Positions 42,943-48,689 of a DNA stretch of 48,689 nt are shown piece by piece. The notes below the pieces were generated by a model, which saw nothing but the letters and a program-made list of their open reading frames with translations, made no database searches and was not told the origin of the DNA. The translations under genes were made by a program, and so were the position numbers. The stretch's first letter is position 1. Every line of letters starts with the position of its first letter. The DNA comes from Octopus bimaculoides (taxonomy: Eukaryota), in NCBI RefSeq assembly GCF_001194135.2, contig NC_068982.1, positions 144,845,276 through 144,893,964 of the forward strand. Direction: 5' to 3'.

Positions 42943-44439
42943 GAATTTCAATGCAGGGCTCGATCAGCAGAATATCTACCATTCTAGCTCTCACCATCCC
43001 ATCTGTTTATATTTCAGATACTGTGTATCCAATATCTCCTTCAATTTTTAAAAGGGTAGGGTGTAATCAAAAGGATTTTGCTATTTTTAGTAGGATTTGA
43101 CACTGCATTTTCTGTTCATGCACATGTATTAAGGTTTGATTTGAGGAAGATTTGATTGCTATTTCTAGCTTGGTGATCACTCACAGAGTGGCTCCCTTTT
43201 TTGGCTAGTGAGTTAAGCTGTAGATATTTCTTCTCTTGAAGCACTTAAAATTTCCACTTTTTAACAAACGATGTACAACTAGGCAGCAGTGAGTGCCCTC
43301 ACTGTGATAACTTGGTCTAGAAACATACACTCCTTGTATGGAAATATATATTTCTAAATCTTCACACACAACTGGTTGTTGATGTTGTTTAACACCTTCC
43401 TCCTAACTAGCTAGGATCCAATAAAGCTAAAATCAAAATCAAAGTCAAAGGCATAACAGCAGCTATGACTCTCTTGGATTATGTTTTTCAACATGTTCTT
43501 CCTCTTTTTTTTTTTTAAGATGATAGGATGTGATTTGAAGGAGAATTGTCTGCTATTTCTTGGAGGGTGAGTGACTATAGAAAGGCTTCTTCACATACTT
43601 GATCAGTTTAAGTTGGTTGACTCCTCTTATTTGTTATGTTCTTTTGTTTCTTTTCTTTCCCAAAGAAAATGTCTGGTCAAGCATTTTTCTCCTGAATGAG
43701 ATCTTACTTCTAAGGAAAGCTTGAAGGAAATTATCAAATATTATTGCTTAGAAGGTACAAGAAAAATCCAGAAGTCTTTGTGCTAAAGTATTTTAACAAA
43801 AGTAATTGTTAGGGCAGAAATTTGATGGAAGGACACACTCGATTGCTTTAACTACAGTACATGACTGTTTTTTTATTTTACCAACCCTGAAAGTTTGAAT
43901 GACAAAGTTTACCTTGGTAAGATCAGAATTCAGAATATAAAGATAAATTAAAATAATAATAATAATGATTGTTTCTAACATAGTTACTAGGTCTCAAATT
44001 AGGTGAGAAGATATTGGTCAATTATATCGATCCCAGTATTTGATTGATATTTTATTTTATCAACCTCAAAGGGATGAAAGGCAGAGTTGATCTCAAAAAG
44101 CAAGACTTGAACTCAGAATGTAAAGAGCCAAAATAAATACTGCAAGACATTTTCTCTGATGCTTTAGTGATCAACCACCCAATAATAATAATAATGATAA
44201 TAATCCTTTCTACTATAGGCACAAAGCCTGAGGCTTTGGGGAGGGGACTAGTTGATTACATTGACCACAAAATTCCACTGGTACTTATTTTATTGACCCC
44301 GAAAGGATGAAAGGCAAAGTCGACCTCGGCAGTATTTGAACTCAGAATGTAGCGATGGGCAAAATACTGCTAAGCATTTCATCCAGTGAGCTAACGACTC
44401 TGTCAGCTCGCCGTCATAATAATAATAATAATATAATAA

Positions 44440-46080
44440 CTAGCTGGACCCGTGAAAAATTCACGGAAAACATAAAAAAATGTAAGCATCTGTAAACAGT
44501 GTACTGGTGCCATGAGAAATGTTTGCATATTATGACCGTCTGTCTTTACATTCTGAGTTCAAATTCTGCTGAGGTCAACTTTACTTTTTTCCTTTTGGGG
44601 TCGATAAATTAAGTACCAGTTGTATACTGGGGTCAATCTAATCAACTGGCCCCCTCCTCACAAAAATTTTAGGCTTAGAAAAGTATATTGTGACAGTTAC
44701 AGAATATAGAAAGTAATGTAACACCAATGACTATATAATTCAACCAAAATATCTCAGTTACACAAACGTAAACGGAATTACTAACTAATCTTAAAATACA
44801 TCATACATATTCAAAGAACCTCCTTGGTTTAATGGTACAGAAGGTTTTTCTTTTATTCTTTTACTTGTTTCAGTTATTTGACGGTGGCCATGCTGAAGAA
44901 ATTTACCCCTGGACTTATTCCCTGTAAGCTTGGTGCTTATTCTATCAGTCTCTTCTGCTGAACAGCTAAATTACAGAGAAGCAAATGTACCAACATTGGT
45001 TGTCAAGCAATGGTGGTGGTGGGACAAACACACACACACACATACACACATACATACATACATATATACATACATACATACATACATATGATGGGCTTGG
45101 AGGTAATGGTGATGCTGGCTGGTGCGATTTTGTGGTTTGCTGGTATGCCAAGAGAGCTCCTGTGGGCCCCTAAATGGTTCTCCAATCTTAAAGGTGTAGT
45201 GTGGTTGTGTAATGATGGAGTGGCTGGTGTGGTGGTGATGCTAGCTGGTGTGGTGGTCTTCTTCACAGTACTTCATGGTAAACAATATTTTGTATGTCAC
45301 ACCAAGTTTTTGGCCTTGTCTGTTATTCCAATTGAGTATCATAACTCTTTGATATTGTTCATAGCTCGTGCTCTTGAAAATGCGACTTATAATTGGCCAT
45401 GAGAAAATACCGGTTGAGGCAAATGTATTCCAACTTTTTTCAAATGTTTGCCCTTGAGCCTTATTAACTGTCATTGAACATGCAAGTTGAAGTGGAATGT
45501 AATATTTGCATCACTTGGGCTAAGTTTAATTCTGGGAATTAAAACTGTATGACCTCTGTTGGAGCCTGTTACCAATGATGCCTCTACACAATATTCATGA
45601 AGTCTTTGTACTTACATTTGAATTCCATTACATAATCCTTGACTGATCGAAAGATTTCTTAGCAGCATTACAATAGCCCTTACTTTTAAGTTGAGGTGAA
45701 GAGGAGGCATACCGGATGGAGTGAATGAGTTTATGAATTCAAAAAAAGATAGTTCTGAACCTCCTCTTCATTATTGCAGGACACTGAATCTGTGCTTAAG
45801 TACATTTTAAGTGCCTCTGGTATAATATTAAGAACTTTTTCATTTATTGCAAGACAGTCAGAATTTTTAGGAGATAAAATTACTCGTTTTTCCATTTCTT
45901 CTGGCGTGCAGTTGTTGAAAATTTCTGGGTACAAATGTACAAATTGAAATGCAAAACAAAGAAATAATAAATGGATTTATGAATGAAAGTTTGGTAATTG
46001 CGTTTATTTCCACCACGCGACACATATTGCAAGCATGTTTTAACTAACCTATACTATACACACACAAATACATTCATATA
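44440..46080 (-). mobile_element. Deleted Helitron with PIF1-helicase fragment and intact 3' terminus, interrupted by SINEs
   Basis: Helicase fragments at about 45300-45935 read RVILSPKNSDCLAINEKVL, PSGMPPHQLKLKVRAIVMLLRNL..GLCNG, LIPRIKLSPSD, MTVNKAQGQTFEK and VFSHGQLYVAFSRAR. The minus-strand terminus is CCGTGAA-TTT-TTCACGG (hairpin) then GTCCAG CTAG|T. The 5' boundary is uncertain. Confidence 0.85.
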
Positions 46081-46299
46081 TATATGTCTTGCGTTGTAGC
46101 TGTAATTCAAAGGGACCAGCCTTGTCATATTCTGTGTGAGGCTGAATCTCCCCGAGAACTACATTAATGTTATGCATGTCTGTGGAGCATTCAGCCATTT
46201 GGGAGTTAATTTTATCCTCATGTGGTAATGAAAAGTGAAATTGACAACCAATATTTGCTGTGTGTATGTATCTATGTAAGAACTTTTCTTTGGATTTAT

Positions 46300-46700
46300 G
46301 TATCTACTGTCTCTCTCACTTTCTCTCTTTCTCTTTCACTTCCATTTTGTCCCTCGTCTCTCCTGTTTTTGATTTAACAATGTGTATATGTATCTATGTA
46401 TCTACTGCTCTTGTGATGTGATAAACATTTAAAAACACAAAACGAATGCTGTTACCACTCAATGTCTCTCTCTCACTCTCTTTCTCTCTCTCACTCTCTT
46501 TCTCTCTTTCACTCTCTTTCTGTCTCTCACTCTCTTTCTCTCTCTTACGTCCTCTCTGAAACATTTAAAAACACAAAACAAACACTGTCACTACTCATTG
46601 TCTCTTTCACTCTCTTTTTCTCTCTCTCACTTTCTCTCTCTCACTTTCTCTCTCTTTCTCTCTCTCTCTTCCTCTCTATCCTCCTCTCTCTTGCTTTGCC
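46300..46700. repeat. CT-rich low-complexity / (CT)n tracts
   Basis: Direct inspection. Confidence 0.9.
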
Positions 46701-46774
46701 ACTTCTTTGAAGTAAGTGTGACGCACACAACAGGTACATACAAAAACAAAAAGTTAGCATATTACTATTATTGA

Positions 46775-47125
46775 TAATAGGTTGATAAAAATGGAGACCT
46801 GAGAATTAAGGTCGATAAGATGTGGCAGCTATGAGAGTCAAACATAAAGGTTATCCCTATTGTCATTGGAGTATTAGGTTGAATACCACCCAATCTGAAA
46901 AAAACATCTGAAAACTTTAGAAATACTGTACAATCTAGGTGTACTGCAAAAGTCGGCATTAATTGGAATTGCACGCATATTGCATAAAGTACTGTCTGTC
47001 TGAGGTTCTTGTGGCTTGACAAACAGTACAAACCCCTGGTAGACACAATATCTTCAATCAACAACCTCATGATATTGTACACTGTGGAACATCTATAATA
47101 ATAATAATAATAGTAATAGTAACAA
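46775..47125 (+). mobile_element. R4/Dong-like retrotransposon extreme 3' fragment with (AAT)n tail
   Basis: Reads GDLRIKVDKMWQL, IKVIPIVIGVLG, LGVLQKSALIGIARILHKVLSV*, then a short 3' UTR and ATAATAATAATAATAA. Confidence 0.75.
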
Positions 47126-47494
47126 TCCTTTCAACTCTAGGCACAAAGCCTGAAATTTGGGGGAGTGGATAGTTGATCACTACTTACTTTATCAACCCGA
47201 AAAGGATGAAAAGCAATGGTTTCAAATTTTGGCACAAAGCTAGCAATTTCTGGGGAGTTGGTAAGTTGATTCCATTGAGCCCCGTGATCAACTGATACTT
47301 ATCTTATCGATCCCCTAAAGGATAAAAGGCAAAGTTGAGCTTGATAGATTTTTGAACTCAGAACGAGAGAAACGCCACTAAGTATTTTGTCTGGTGTACT
47401 AACAAATTCAGAATTTAAAGACAGACAAAATATCACTACTTTATTTACATTGTTTACATTTGATGGATAATTTGTCCTCATCTTGTTTGTTGTT

Positions 47495-47540
47495 GACACA
47501 ACATTTTGGCTGATATACCTTCCAGTCTTCATCAGGTGTC
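47495..47540 (-). ncRNA. Second, mutated hammerhead copy in the left arm
   Basis: Minus strand reads GACAC CTGATGA A GACTG [GAAGGTATAT] CAGCC AAAA T GTT GTGTC. G12 is changed to A, so it is probably inactive. Confidence 0.55.
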
Positions 47541-47890
47541 TTGGGGAAATTTCAAACCTAGGTTCTCATTCCTAAGGTATTTTTCGATATTATTATTATT
47601 ATTGTTATTATTATCATTCAGGTCACTGCCTGGAGTCGAACTCGGAATCTTGGGGTTAGTAGCCTGCGCTCTTAACCACTACGCCATATACCCATGGGCG
47701 TAGTGGTTAAGAGTGCGGGCTACTAACCCCAAGATTCCGAGTTTGATTCCAGGCAGTGACCTGAATGATGATGATGATCATCATCATCGTTTAACGTCCG
47801 CTTTCCATGCTAGCATGGGTTGATAATAATAATAACAACAACATCGAAAAATACCTTCAGAATGAGAACCCAGGTTCGAAATTTCCCCAA

Positions 47891-47936
47891 GACACCTGAT
47901 GAAGGCTGGAGGGTATGTCAGCCGAAATGTTGTGTT
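47891..47936 (+). ncRNA. Minimal type-I hammerhead ribozyme motif
   Basis: GACAC CTGATGA A GGCTG [GAGGGTATGT] CAGCC GAAA T GTT GTGTT: stem I GACAC/GTGTT, intact CUGAUGA and GAAA, 5-bp stem II, GUU triplet. Confidence 0.7.
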
Positions 47937-48460
47937 AGCAACAAACAAGATGAGGACAAATATCCGTCAATTGTAAATAATGTACATAATTCCTCATCTC
48001 TTAAATATAGAGCTGAAAATATCACTACGTACTATTATTATAATGCTTTATAATAAAAGCATTATAATTATTGATTTCTGATACACAAGGCCTAAAATTT
48101 GTGAATAACAGATTATACCAGCTTCAGTATGTGAACAGGACTCATTCATCAAGTCTTCTGGGAGGGAGAAAGGCAAAGTCACCCAGTGGGATTTGAACTC
48201 AGAATATAAAAGGGTATAACTAAATCCTGCAATGTAATTTGTTTGATTTTTCCAATGATCCTTTCATTCATCTCCTTAGTAGTAGTAGCAGCAGTAGTAG
48301 AGTTAGTAGTAATGATTTGTAATATAGGCATGAGAACAAATATTTCATGGGAGTGAAATAGTTAATGGTATTGATTAGTATTCATTTTAATGTCAGCACT
48401 GTATAGTTGGAAGTCAAACTTGATCCTTAGTGAGATACAAACTCAGAACATTAAATGACT

Positions 48461-48513
<53 letters not shown>

Positions 48514-48689
48514 CTGACACCTGCGCCAGTGGTGCACTAACAGTACTGTCCGAGCGTGTTCATTGCCAGAGCAGCTGTCTGGCTTCCGTGTTAGTGGCCC
48601 GTAAATAGCACCACTTGAGCATAATCGTTACCAGCGTTACCTTCTAGCACTTGTGCTAGTGGCACGTTAGAAAATCATTCGAGCGAGGT

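Larger units (their letters stand above)
47440..48015. mobile_element. Palindromic non-autonomous retroelement: divergent tRNA-like promoters plus hammerhead motifs, 13-bp TSD
   Basis: Inverted arms 47446-47685 and 47697-47984. Central 72-bp arms match at 68 of 72 positions. Direct repeat AAAATATCACTAC at 47427-47439 and 48016-48028. Confidence 0.85.

Noticed and set aside
47697-47768. tRNA gene with apparent ACT anticodon (also SINE heads at 2100-2171 and 40880-40953)
   Set aside because: The acceptor and anticodon stems do not pair fully, and the sequences are parts of repeat elements.

Overview
AT-rich, microsatellite- and SINE-dense animal genomic DNA with assembly gaps. The repeat families and the giant C2H2 gene point to a coleoid cephalopod, probably Octopus (inferred, not verified). 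There is one clear protein-coding gene: a single-exon 2532-aa C2H2 zinc-finger ORF (29034-36632, +). It has about 27 fingers, arranged mainly as seven dispersed copies of one 3-4-finger module whose middle recognition helix FANPSN(L/M)(T/I)RH is conserved in all seven. The rest is transposon-derived: RTE, CR1-like and R4/Dong LINE remnants, several tRNA-derived SINE families, Tc1, mariner, a hAT MITE and a Helitron. Two small elements stand out. One is a Gypsy derivative with a triplicated tRNA-Trp primer-binding site (5523-6630). The other is a TSD-flanked palindromic element whose arms each carry a tRNA-like Pol III promoter followed by a minimal hammerhead ribozyme motif (47440-48015). A second hammerhead-like motif lies at 37153-37189. 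All calls come from reading the sequence by eye. Repeat boundaries are approximate unless TIR or TSD coordinates are given.
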